Shown piece after piece: positions 1-9,422 of a DNA stretch of 64,000 nucleotides. Origin of the DNA: Prevotellaceae bacterium (lineage in GTDB: Bacteria; Bacteroidota; Bacteroidia; Bacteroidales; Bacteroidaceae); assembly GCA_021153165.1 (NCBI GenBank), contig JAGKTZ010000003.1, positions 6,506 to 70,505 of the forward strand. The letters run 5' to 3'. Made by a program: the position numbers and the translations under genes. How positions within the stretch are numbered: the first letter of the stretch is position 1; every line of letters starts with the position of its first letter. The notes beneath the pieces were generated by a model, which made no database searches, was not told where the DNA came from, and saw nothing but the letters and a program-made list of their open reading frames with translations.

Positions 1-140
1 ATATTATTCTTCAACTCCACACCATTTTGACCATAGTCATACACCGCACCAAGTCCATCATAGATATCACTTGATGGGAATACGAAACCATACTCTTTGC
101 AGTGCGAAACAATTTTCTTAAATACGTCTTCTTGAGCCAT
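1..140 (-). CDS. glyQS: Glycine--tRNA ligase, N-terminal part (runs off window edge)
   Basis: Manual translation from ATG at 140: [46 protein letters not shown], the typical N-terminus of Bacteroidales homodimeric GlyRS. Not in the ORF track. Confidence 0.9.
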   Translation of the reverse strand, partial: MAQEDVFKKIVSHCKEYGFVFPSSDIYDGLGAVYDYGQNGVELKNN

Positions 141-232
141 AAGTTATTTTATTATATATTATTATATACGTTTTATTTTGAGCGGGTGATGTAAATGCTT
201 TAATAAGCCTACCAAACACCTATCTCAATGTT

Positions 233-2635
233 TTACTTTTTCTTACCAAAGAATTTTCTACAAGACTTAGAATCTCTGCCACCATAGCCATAGCCATAAC
301 CATAGCCATAATGGAGTTTTGATTTAACATCAGCATCATTAATCACGACAGACAGGTTTTTCAGGCGCTGAGATTTATGCATACGTTCCAAGTCTTTCAA
401 GAAAGCCTTGTCCTGTACACCAACTCTCACCACAAACAGCAACATTTCTGCTATACGAGACAAAACCTCTGCATCTGCCACCGAGAATGCTGGCGTAGCG
501 TCGAAGATGATGAAATCGTACGACTCTTTTGCTTCTTCAACCAAAGCCTCCAAGCGATCAGACATCAGCAATTCTGTAGGATTAGGCGGAACGGCACCTG
601 CTGGCAAGAAATCTACATTTTCTACCAAAGCATTGAAGATGATATAAGGCGTAAGGTCAAGCGAGCCTCCTTCATCTGCTAAATAGTTCGTCAGACCTTC
701 ATCACCGCCATAATACTTAGTCAGCGTGCCCTTACGGATATCTGCATCAACAAGGAGCACTCTTTTACCAGCCATTGCTTGGGTCACGGCAAAGTTACGT
801 GTCACAAAACTTTTACCTTGCCCCGGTGTACTCGAAGTACACACCATCACCTTTGCAGCAGGCTTGGTAAATTTGACACCATACCTCATCACTCGGAATG
901 CTTCAACAATAGACGCATTCCCTTCGCACGTCGAAATAAGACTTCCGCGGGCACCTTCTTTCCAATGTGGCAATTCACCAACGACAGGGATCGTTGTCAG
1001 GTCCTCAACATCTCTGCGCCCACTAATAGTCACATCCATTTGACGGCGCAACCAAATGCATCCTGCAGGTATTATTAATCCCAAAAGTAGACTAACGAGG
1101 AGAATCATGTTTCGACGTGGCGACACTGGAGTAGTATTTCCCATTGGATATTCCACCATTCGTACGTTTGCCTCGTTGATGGCTAATTGCAATGCCACTT
1201 CTTCTCGCTTATTCAACAGATAATTGTAGAGCGCAGATTTCAAAGCTTGTTGTCGTTCGATATTTACGGCTTCCTTTTCGGTTTCTGGCACTGTGCCAAT
1301 CTTTGCTTCAAACTTTGCTTCGTAGGCTCGCGCTTGCTGCACCTGCAATTCCAGCGAACTAATATGACTATTTACAGACGAAACAATACTCTCTCTGAGC
1401 GCATTCAGTTGGTAATCGATATTTATAATAGCTTCTGCCGATTCCGAAGTATTTTGCAGCAACCGATGTCTTTCCGTCATCAATTTATTATATTCTGCCA
1501 CAAGTGGTCCGTAGCTTGCTCCCGCAATATTAAGTGCAGGGATTAAATCCCCGTTATTGCTTTTATCCAGCAAGTGGTCTTTCAGCAATTTTGCAACGGA
1601 AAGTTCCGTCTCTGCTTCGATAGCTTTAGTTCTTGCAGCGGCATTTTCTGAGGCGAACAATTGTGCATCTCTTTCGAAATCGATCAATTTGTTTTTTATC
1701 TTAAACTCTGCCAGTTTGTTTTCGATTTCATTCAATTCGCCCCCTATCAGCGCAACACGCTCGTCCACAAATTTTGACGTACTTTCTGCTACGCGATTTT
1801 TATTCTCAACAACATCATTTTTGTAGGCTTTGTACACTTCATTCAGCACATCTTCTGCGCGCTGTTCGTTGTTATCACTACACGTCAGTACGATCAGCGT
1901 ACTTTCTTTGCTATATTCTGTTGCCGAAAGTTTGGCACGGAATGTCGCCGCAGCATTTTTCTTGGAAACTCTGGTTACAGAAATTTCGCCATCATTTGGG
2001 AATCTCTTCGCCTTGTTGGTATTTTTGAGCGTCAATTTACCGACTGGCGTATGCGTCAACTTACCGACCTCTGCTATTACACTTCCATTCAATTCTGCAT
2101 TATTTTGTGTAAAATCATAGAGCTCATAAAAGCCATCCCCTGCAGGTTTTATTTTGAACGATACGGATTCTTTGCCCTTCAACACACCTTGGAAAACCAC
2201 TTCAACAGGACGTTCTCTATACAACGTAACATCATGCAGACCACTTTTCATTTTGTAATCCACATCCAGTCGCAAACTATCTACGACATTTTCCATCAAG
2301 CGCAGCGAAGTCAAGATAAACATTTCGTTCTCCAGATTATCGCCAACACTGATACCATTCAGCTCCATCAGCGAAGTCATATTACTGCGCACACGTCGCG
2401 AACCGCCCCCCATAGCAGATCCTGCCGACTCTGCATCTTCTATCAGCATCACGGCTTGACGTTGATATACTCTGGGTTGCATTTCATAGTAAAAATAACC
2501 TGCTGCCAGACAAACTACAACAGACAACAAAAACCAATACCACTTACGCAAAAAGATTTCCTTACAAAAAACAAATATTTTTGCAAGATCCATTTCGTTT
2601 TCTTGTTCTATTGGTGTAATAGGATTATTTTCCAT
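233..2635 (-). CDS. Wzc-type polysaccharide co-polymerase / BY tyrosine kinase
   Basis: 800 aa; two TM segments flank a periplasmic coiled coil; Walker A STPGQGKS, DADIRK, Walker B IIFDATP, C-terminal Tyr cluster YGYGYGYGYG. Confidence 0.92.
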   Translation of the reverse strand: MENNPITPIEQENEMDLAKIFVFCKEIFLRKWYWFLLSVVVCLAAGYFYYEMQPRVYQRQAVMLIEDAESAGSAMGGGSRRVRSNMTSLMELNGISVGDNLENEMFILTSLRLMENVVDSLRLDVDYKMKSGLHDVTLYRERPVEVVFQGVLKGKESVSFKIKPAGDGFYELYDFTQNNAELNGSVIAEVGKLTHTPVGKLTLKNTNKAKRFPNDGEISVTRVSKKNAAATFRAKLSATEYSKESTLIVLTCSDNNEQRAEDVLNEVYKAYKNDVVENKNRVAESTSKFVDERVALIGGELNEIENKLAEFKIKNKLIDFERDAQLFASENAAARTKAIEAETELSVAKLLKDHLLDKSNNGDLIPALNIAGASYGPLVAEYNKLMTERHRLLQNTSESAEAIINIDYQLNALRESIVSSVNSHISSLELQVQQARAYEAKFEAKIGTVPETEKEAVNIERQQALKSALYNYLLNKREEVALQLAINEANVRMVEYPMGNTTPVSPRRNMILLVSLLLGLIIPAGCIWLRRQMDVTISGRRDVEDLTTIPVVGELPHWKEGARGSLISTCEGNASIVEAFRVMRYGVKFTKPAAKVMVCTSSTPGQGKSFVTRNFAVTQAMAGKRVLLVDADIRKGTLTKYYGGDEGLTNYLADEGGSLDLTPYIIFNALVENVDFLPAGAVPPNPTELLMSDRLEALVEEAKESYDFIIFDATPAFSVADAEVLSRIAEMLLFVVRVGVQDKAFLKDLERMHKSQRLKNLSVVINDADVKSKLHYGYGYGYGYGGRDSKSCRKFFGKKK

Positions 2636-2710
2636 TCTTTATTTGATTATTGCGGCACGAAGGGGATAGCACTCCGTTATCGCGCGCACATATATTATTA
2701 TAATTCCGCG

Positions 2711-2718
2711 CAAAGTTA
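2711..2718 (-). promoter_or_regulatory. Bacteroidetes -7 promoter box upstream of the wzc-like gene
   Basis: TAACTTTG on the minus strand matches TAnnTTTG. Confidence 0.55.
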
Positions 2719-2825
2719 AGCAAAAAAAACCACTCTACCAAAAGCACACCCCATATTAGATGCTTTCAAAACCTTTTTTCCGCAAAAACACGAAGCGCAC
2801 CCAAAACACCAGTTTTAGACGGCTT

Positions 2826-2911
2826 AAAAAAAACCAAGACCTTTTTTAAATTTCCTTAGACTTTTTTTCAACGAGACGTCGCGAAATTTTCACAAGGTCT
2901 TACTTTTTTTT
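2826..2911. repeat. 21-bp-period A/T-tract array, copy 1 (with core motif)
   Basis: AAGACCTTTTTT / TAGACTTTTTTT units 21 bp apart, then core TTTTTTCAACGAGACGTCGCGAAATTTTCACAAGGTCT. Confidence 0.85.
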
Positions 2912-3035
2912 CAGACAGTCAATATGGGCTGTTTTTTACCAAGGGAAGCGAGGCAAAAAGTCTGCTTCTACGCACATTATTGCTATCGAATCAAAGAAAA
3001 AGCGGCTTTCGCTTTCGTTTTCACCTGCCTTTCAT

Positions 3036-3043
3036 TAAATTTG
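3036..3043 (+). promoter_or_regulatory. Bacteroidetes -7 promoter box upstream of dgt
   Basis: TAAATTTG about 25 nt before the start codon. Confidence 0.5.
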
Positions 3044-3068
3044 TCGCTTAAATGATTATTTTAGTCCT

Positions 3069-4421
3069 ATGATGGAGTGGAAAAGATTGATTTCAGATAA
3101 ACGCTTGGGTAAGGAAGACAGTTCGACCCAAAGCCCTGAGCGCCGCACGGAGTTTCAACGCGATTTCGACCGCTTGATATTCTCCGCGCCCTTCAGACGT
3201 ATGCAAAACAAGACGCAGGTATTCCCCTTGCCGGGTAGTATCTTTGTACACAATCGCTTGACACATAGCCTCGAGGTCAGTAGCGTGGGGCGCTCACTTG
3301 GTACAGACGTGGCACGCGAACTTATCCTGCGCCACCCCGAACTGGCATCGGCAGGACTGCAGGACATGGGCGCCATCGTATCCGCCGCCTGCCTGGCACA
3401 CGATATGGGCAATCCGCCATTTGGTCATAGCGGCGAGCGCGCCATCCGCACCTTCTTCTCGGAAGGCAAGGGTAAGATGCTGACAGAGTACATGAGCGAG
3501 AATGGCGACAAACTGAGCGAAAAAGAATGGGCCGACCTGACCCGATTTGATGGTAATGCCAACACTTTCCGTCTGCTGACGCATCAATTTGGTGGCAGAC
3601 GCCGCGGCGGATTCGTAATGACCTACTCCACACTCGCCTCTATAGTGAAATACCCTTACGAATCCTCGCTCGCAGGCAAAAAGGCGAAGTTCGGATTCTT
3701 TGCTAGCGAGACAGAAGACTACCGCAAAATCGCCAACGAACTGGGCATCCCGTACACTTTCGAAGATGGAGCGCTGCGCGCTGTCAGACATCCTTTCGTC
3801 TACCTGGTCGAAGCTGCCGACGATATCTGCTACGAGATCATGGATATCGAGGACGCTTTCAAGTTGCGTCTGCTCTCGAACGAAGAAACACAGACCTTGT
3901 TGCTCAATTTCTTTGACGAAGAGACACAAAAGGACTTACTCAAGAATTACCCCGAAGGCACGGACAACGGCGACCGCATCGCGTATCTCCGTTCGTGCGT
4001 CATCAATTCGTTGGAGAACGCCTGCGTGGATATTTTTATGACTCACGAGACCGAAATCCTGGCAGGCACATTCCAGGGGTCACTCATTTCGCATCTACCC
4101 GAACACTTGAAGACTGCCTATAAGACCTGCGAGCAAGTTGCCAAGAGCCGCATCTATTCATCCAAGGAGGTGACGGATATCGACCTGGCCGGCTACCACA
4201 TCATCTACACCTTGCTCGAACTGATGACCGATGCCGTGCTCGAACCCCAAAAGGCGTACAGCCAATTGCTACTCGGACAGGTCTCTTCGCAATACCAACT
4301 GCACGCACCCCGTTTGGCTGATCGCATCATGGCTGTGCTCGACTACATTTCGGGTATGACGGACGTCTATGCGCTTGACCTTTATCGCAAGATCAACGGA
4401 CACTCTCTGCCCAGCATTTGA
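3069..4421 (+). CDS. dgt: dGTP triphosphohydrolase (HD domain)
   Basis: RTEFQRDFDR, KTQVFP, HNRLTHSLEV, AHDMGNPPFGHSGE, EAADDICY and DYISGMTD motifs. Confidence 0.95.
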   Translation: MMEWKRLISDKRLGKEDSSTQSPERRTEFQRDFDRLIFSAPFRRMQNKTQVFPLPGSIFVHNRLTHSLEVSSVGRSLGTDVARELILRHPELASAGLQDMGAIVSAACLAHDMGNPPFGHSGERAIRTFFSEGKGKMLTEYMSENGDKLSEKEWADLTRFDGNANTFRLLTHQFGGRRRGGFVMTYSTLASIVKYPYESSLAGKKAKFGFFASETEDYRKIANELGIPYTFEDGALRAVRHPFVYLVEAADDICYEIMDIEDAFKLRLLSNEETQTLLLNFFDEETQKDLLKNYPEGTDNGDRIAYLRSCVINSLENACVDIFMTHETEILAGTFQGSLISHLPEHLKTAYKTCEQVAKSRIYSSKEVTDIDLAGYHIIYTLLELMTDAVLEPQKAYSQLLLGQVSSQYQLHAPRLADRIMAVLDYISGMTDVYALDLYRKINGHSLPSI

Positions 4422-4484
4422 TACTGAGCAAAGCATGAGAGACACCTGTTGCAACCAAACAATAATTCGGCATAAAGGCTCACG

Positions 4485-4565
4485 CGGAATAATATTTTCA
4501 CGCAGAATCCGCAGAAGTCACGGAATAATATTTTCACGCAGAATTCGCAGAATTCGCAGAAGTCA
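4485..4565. repeat. Tandem 36/45-bp duplication built from 9-bp CGCAGAATY units
   Basis: CGGAATAATATTTTCACGCAGAATCCGCAGAAGTCA (4485-4520) is repeated at 4521-4565 with one extra 9-bp unit. Confidence 0.9.
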
Positions 4566-4637
4566 CTTGCTCAGCTCGTGCGGTCGCCCAATTTATACAC
4601 GACACACCACGTCTAATACCCAAAACACCACACCGCC

Positions 4638-6086
4638 TTGTCTTATTCCCACATATTGAAATACACCGGTCTACTGGGGAGCGTACAGTTCCTCAACATT
4701 CTCATCTCAATCGTACGCAACAAAGCCGCAGCCGTACTGATTGGTCCCGTGGGTATGGGTTTGGCGGATTTGTATTTTAGGACAATTGACCTGCTCGGCA
4801 ACTCGACGAATTTTGGTCTTGGATTTAGTGCCGTACGCCGCTTGTCACCGCTCTGCGAACAAGGCAATTTGCGCGCACTCAAACTACAGTCCCAAATCAT
4901 CCGTACCATGATTTTCTGGGCTGCTCTGTTGGGCGCAATTGTCACGATCGTCCTCTCCCCCGCTCTGAGTTTGTGGCTTTTTCACGACACCTCGCACGCC
5001 CTATCCATTTGCGCCTTGGCCCCAGCAGTAGCCTTCAACACACTGACCAGCGGCGAAGTAGCAATACTACGAGGCACCAGTCGCCTGAAAGCTATTGCGT
5101 CGACCTCGGCCCTTGTCGCCGGATGCACCTTGCTTTTTGCTTTGGTCATTTACAGCATCTGGGGCATCAGCGGCGTTATCCCCGTATTATTGCTCACTAC
5201 CCTTGCCACTTTTTTACTACATCTGCGCGTTTCCACCCGCCAGTTTCCCTACCACATCAGCCCATTCCGTTTCCGCGTCCTTAGATCGGGGCGTCCCCTC
5301 ATCCAATTAGGGGCAGCCTATGTCGGCGCAGGCATTTTGGGGTCGGGCACCGAAATGCTGATTCGTGCCACCGTGGTCAATTCGGAGAACGGTCTGTATG
5401 CCGCAGGGCTTTATGCCGCAGGGCTGACCCTAACGGTGAGTTATGCCCGCATGATATTTGTGGCCATGGATGCTGACTATTTCCCACGCCTGTCTGCCGC
5501 GGCACAGGATATATCACGACAAAATCTTACGGTGAATAGCCAAATCCACGTGTTGTCTCTGCTGATGGCACCTTTCCTTATCATTTTGGCGATTAGCCTA
5601 CCGCTTGTGGTGCGCTTGCTCTATAGTGCAGAATATTTGCCAGTGATGCCGATGGTGTGGGCGGCGCTGCCTTTCATGTACTTCAAATCTATCTACTCGC
5701 CCATAGCCTATCTGTCGCTGGCACACGGCGATTCGCGCGTTTATTTCGTGATGGAATTGCTCTACGACGTTGTATTTGCTGCCGCCGTAGTCGTGGGCTA
5801 CCGGTACTACGGACTCTTGGGTGCAGGCATCGGTTTGTCGCTGGCCAACCTCGCCGACTTGTTGCTACTGTCCCTGTTCTACCGCAAAAAATACCAGTTC
5901 CGCTTCACCCGACAAGGCGCTTTGCTTTTCCTTCCACAAGGCATTTTGCTACTGGGCGTACTGTGCTGCATGCTGCTCGAATCGGCGTGGTTGCGCTATG
6001 GTATCAGCGGCGCACTCTGTTGCATCTCGGTGCTCTTTAGTTTCATTCAATTAAAAAAACTGTGGCGATCACGTCCCACAGCCTAA
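4638..6086 (+). CDS. Wzx-like O-antigen/oligosaccharide flippase (MOP superfamily)
   Basis: 482 aa, many TM helices; N-terminus SYSHILKYTGLLGSVQ...RNKAAAVLIGPVGMG; DYFPRLS motif; TTG start (in-frame stop at 4614). Confidence 0.85.
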   Translation: MSYSHILKYTGLLGSVQFLNILISIVRNKAAAVLIGPVGMGLADLYFRTIDLLGNSTNFGLGFSAVRRLSPLCEQGNLRALKLQSQIIRTMIFWAALLGAIVTIVLSPALSLWLFHDTSHALSICALAPAVAFNTLTSGEVAILRGTSRLKAIASTSALVAGCTLLFALVIYSIWGISGVIPVLLLTTLATFLLHLRVSTRQFPYHISPFRFRVLRSGRPLIQLGAAYVGAGILGSGTEMLIRATVVNSENGLYAAGLYAAGLTLTVSYARMIFVAMDADYFPRLSAAAQDISRQNLTVNSQIHVLSLLMAPFLIILAISLPLVVRLLYSAEYLPVMPMVWAALPFMYFKSIYSPIAYLSLAHGDSRVYFVMELLYDVVFAAAVVVGYRYYGLLGAGIGLSLANLADLLLLSLFYRKKYQFRFTRQGALLFLPQGILLLGVLCCMLLESAWLRYGISGALCCISVLFSFIQLKKLWRSRPTA

Positions 6087-6098
6087 ACCTCGCTCAAT

Positions 6099-7094
6099 AT
6101 GAATCCGCGTTTCACCATACTGACCGCCGTATACAATGCCCAGGCCTACGTGGCCGAGTGTATCGAGTCTGTCTTGTCGCAAACCTGCGGCGAGTGGCAA
6201 ATGATATGTATTGACGACTGCTCGACAGACGAATCAAAGCAGATATTGCACCAATATGCCGCACGCGACAGTCGCATCCAGGTAATGCAGACCGAGGTGA
6301 ACAGCGGACAAGCCGTAGCACGCAATGTCGGACTACAGGTGGCGCAGGGCACATTCACCTTGATGCTCGACGCCGACGATATGTTGTCGCCCGATGCACT
6401 GGAATCTGCTTGGCAAGCCCATCTGCAGCATCCCGAAGTCGACACCTTTTTGTTTCGCCTGGAGCGCTTCGATGACACGGGATGGCGAGAAGCCGAACCG
6501 CCAGTAAGTGCCCAGGTCACGCTGAGTGGTCGCGATGCTTGTCTGCAAGCTATCAACTGGCGCATACACGGCTATTTTGCCATTCGCACAGACCTGCACC
6601 AGCGCCTGCCTTACGACGAGAGTTTGCGCATTTATGGCGACGACGTCACCTCTCGCATGCACCTGTTTCATAGTCGTGCCGTGGGATTTTGCAGTGGGAA
6701 ATATCTGTACCGCCAGCACAGCGCATCGTGCACACACCATTTCAGCGTGCGCCGCATAGACTTCGTACGTGCCAACTCGTTGCTGAGACGATTGCTGGAG
6801 GAACGCCATGCCGACCAAGAACTGCTACGCCAGTGCGAGGAGCACGCCTGGCGCATATTCGTAGGCATTTTCCGCGAAATGATCGTGACGGCGTCGACCC
6901 TCACTCCCACCGAGCACCAACAATGCGAATGCTTTCTGACAGAGCACCTTGCACTGATGCGCCCTTCTCGCTTACCGTGGTCACTGCGTCTGCATCCGTC
7001 GTTCCTATTCCTGCGCCCCTACAAATTGTTCAAGTGCTATCAGCTCAGCCTTTTAAGACTGAGAACCCTTATCAAGGGGAAAAAGAAGAATTGA
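6099..7094 (+). CDS. Glycosyltransferase family 2
   Basis: TAVYNAQAYV, IDDCSTD, NSGQAVARN and LDADD motifs. Confidence 0.92.
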   Translation: MNPRFTILTAVYNAQAYVAECIESVLSQTCGEWQMICIDDCSTDESKQILHQYAARDSRIQVMQTEVNSGQAVARNVGLQVAQGTFTLMLDADDMLSPDALESAWQAHLQHPEVDTFLFRLERFDDTGWREAEPPVSAQVTLSGRDACLQAINWRIHGYFAIRTDLHQRLPYDESLRIYGDDVTSRMHLFHSRAVGFCSGKYLYRQHSASCTHHFSVRRIDFVRANSLLRRLLEERHADQELLRQCEEHAWRIFVGIFREMIVTASTLTPTEHQQCECFLTEHLALMRPSRLPWSLRLHPSFLFLRPYKLFKCYQLSLLRLRTLIKGKKKN

Positions 7095-7214
7095 TACCAC
7101 CTTTTGCTATCCCGATATAGCAAAATGCCACGATATTTGTTAAAAAACATCACAAACGACATTATTTTCATACTTAACACTTGCAAAATGCGAGAAAACA
7201 TCTACTTTTGCATT

Positions 7215-7277
7215 GTGTTTTTCATAGTATTAGATTTAAGGTTAACAAGGTTGGGATACGGCGGTATCCCTTTTTTT
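7215..7277 (+). ncRNA. Candidate stand-alone small RNA (~60-65 nt)
   Basis: -7 box TACTTTTG at 7203-7210 with TTGC ~20 nt upstream; U-rich body GTGTTTTTCATAGTATTAGATTTAAGGTTAACAAGG; terminator GGGATAC-GGCG-GTATCCC-T7. Confidence 0.7.
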
Positions 7278-7390
7278 ATGCCCAAAAGTCTGGAGGCAAG
7301 CCATCTCACCGGGCAAAAACACACAGAATGCTGCTTAAATTTTATTGAGGGAAACTGAATCCAGAACAAAGACGAAGGACAAGCGCACTA

Positions 7391-7722
7391 TGTTCCACGG
7401 CACTGGTTTTTAGGATTATTTAGGAATCTTTAAGCATTTTACAGACTTCTCCTTTGGAAAAATCACACGAGAATAAGACAAAATTTCACAAACCGCTCTT
7501 TCGTTTCAAAAAAGTCTAAGAAAATTTCAACAAGGTCTAACCTTTTTTCAACGCGCCGTCGCAAAATTTTACCAAGAAAAGTTACTTTTACAGCCTAAAA
7601 TTATCACAAAAAATATGGGGAGATGCCTATTTCGGACATCTCCCCACATTCTTATCCCAAAGATACATTTTTTTCGCCAGACATGCAAATCTACATTTTC
7701 ACTTTTTAACAAATTGTTTCAC
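7391..7722 (-). repeat. Intergenic element A, copy A3 (GTTYCAC box, promoter, mini-hairpin RNA, 21-bp array, GTTCCAC box)
   Basis: TGTTCCACG 7391; array core 7543; hairpin 7616-7646; -7 box TATCTTTG 7665-7658; TTTG 7689-7686; TGTTTCAC 7715. Aligns by eye with 29645-29953 and 56212-56522. Confidence 0.85.
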
Positions 7723-7802
7723 ACACCAGAGCGCTACTTTGCAATCGGTCATCTGTCCCTCAAGACATCAGGTTTCACGCATTTTCTGCCATCACCCCTT
7801 TC

Positions 7803-8996
7803 TCAAAACCGCCCCAGGACGAAGCGTGGACGTATGCGCAGATACACGCCAAATGAGGTATTGAGTCCCGCCTTTGGCCAAGACAATACGCCCTGAGCAT
7901 CACGCATGGCGCCAGGGCGATGATAATAGGTTTCGACCTTTGCACCAAAGGTATAGCGCTTAGCAAAGGTGTGCGAATAGTCTAGTCCTACGTTGAGGGT
8001 CTGAGGACAACCCGTGTAGTAAGCACCCTCCTTCTTGGTCGACACACTGCCGAAATAGGGGATGCCCAATAGGGAAATAAACTGATTGGAGCGAAACCAG
8101 CCTAAACGCAGATGCAATCCGTATGCAAAGCGTGCTGTTGCTTCGGCATAGATCCCGCTACCACCAGCAAAGGGCCACATCCGACCCGACTCTTGGAAAT
8201 AGCCCAACAATTGTGCCTGCGCTTGCACATATTGCAACCACCGCTTGTCAGCATTCCACCTGACCCCAGCGCCCACAGCACCATTCATCCATGTCTGCAC
8301 ACTGATTGCTGTATCCTGCTCGCCACCACGATGCTGTGCCACACCTTGCAATGTCATAAAGGCATGTATATGCGAAGTATCGGCATTGATGCGAAATTTT
8401 GACGAAGTACCCACAACGAAAGCCTCCTGATGTGTGTCGCCCTTGAAGATAAAACTCTCCCAATTCAGCCATGCATCAAAATGCAACAAACGCGTATCTG
8501 CCAAGACTTGAAATCCAAATTCGGGATCGGCGGTAAGCACCAATTCAGGATTATACAAAGGCAGGGACAACCCATGATTTGCGCCACCATACAAGTTGCC
8601 TAACACCAAATTTACCTTGTTCATCGACAGATGTGCGCGAAACCATGGCAGGACATGAGCCCCCTGTTGAAACTGGTGCCCTTTCCACGCCGCAATGTCA
8701 TGATACGCATACGTGGGATAACGATAAGCTCCGCTATATATTAAGGCATGAACCCCTGCTTCTACTTTCAGGTTTGACAAGGGTTGATAAGACAACTTTG
8801 GTTCTATCCACAAACCTGGCAAGGTGTAGCCTTTCATCACCGAGCCACCAAACTCGTTGTCCTTGAAAAAGGAAATATTATCAACCTCCAAACTCAGTTC
8901 TTTTTCCTGAAGACTATCTATCGTATAGTCCACACGCCCTGCCACCTCTTCCAACTGTGCCACAGCCTCTACCACACCAGCGATCCACAGGAGCAC
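7803..8996 (-). CDS. Hypothetical outer-membrane beta-barrel-like protein
   Basis: 397 aa, alternating hydrophobic strands, C-terminal Phe, AVA-Q cleavage-like site. GTG start is uncertain (see findings). Confidence 0.65.
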   Translation of the reverse strand: MLLWIAGVVEAVAQLEEVAGRVDYTIDSLQEKELSLEVDNISFFKDNEFGGSVMKGYTLPGLWIEPKLSYQPLSNLKVEAGVHALIYSGAYRYPTYAYHDIAAWKGHQFQQGAHVLPWFRAHLSMNKVNLVLGNLYGGANHGLSLPLYNPELVLTADPEFGFQVLADTRLLHFDAWLNWESFIFKGDTHQEAFVVGTSSKFRINADTSHIHAFMTLQGVAQHRGGEQDTAISVQTWMNGAVGAGVRWNADKRWLQYVQAQAQLLGYFQESGRMWPFAGGSGIYAEATARFAYGLHLRLGWFRSNQFISLLGIPYFGSVSTKKEGAYYTGCPQTLNVGLDYSHTFAKRYTFGAKVETYYHRPGAMRDAQGVLSWPKAGLNTSFGVYLRIRPRFVLGRF

Positions 8997-9422
8997 AGAT
9001 ACGACAAAAAACGAAGAAGAATTAGCTTTTGCACAAGATCAAATTTTGCAGGAGAAAAACATACAGACCAGAGAACCTTAATAAAATTTTACAAAAATGG
9101 TCTAAACGGCGACAAAGATACAACTATTTTTCCAAAATTTATCGACCAATCTATCTATATCCTATACAAAACACACAAAGATAGCACCTGCTGCTCACCT
9201 TCTAACATAAAATACGCACACCAACAAAACGTAGCTATACAAAAAAAGACTTTTTTACCCTAAATCAATGAAATAAATCTACACGAACACCTTTTCGATC
9301 AACAAAATGTTAAAAAAAACATCTTCTTTCTAAAAAACCTTTCAAATAAAAAATAAATGTTTACATTTGTCGCTATCATAGAGCTATTCATCTCTGTAAT
9401 AACAATCAAAATACAAAATACC

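Noticed and set aside
7104-7358. 84-aa ORF
   Set aside because: It spans a promoter, the sRNA candidate and a terminator; weak start and non-protein-like sequence.
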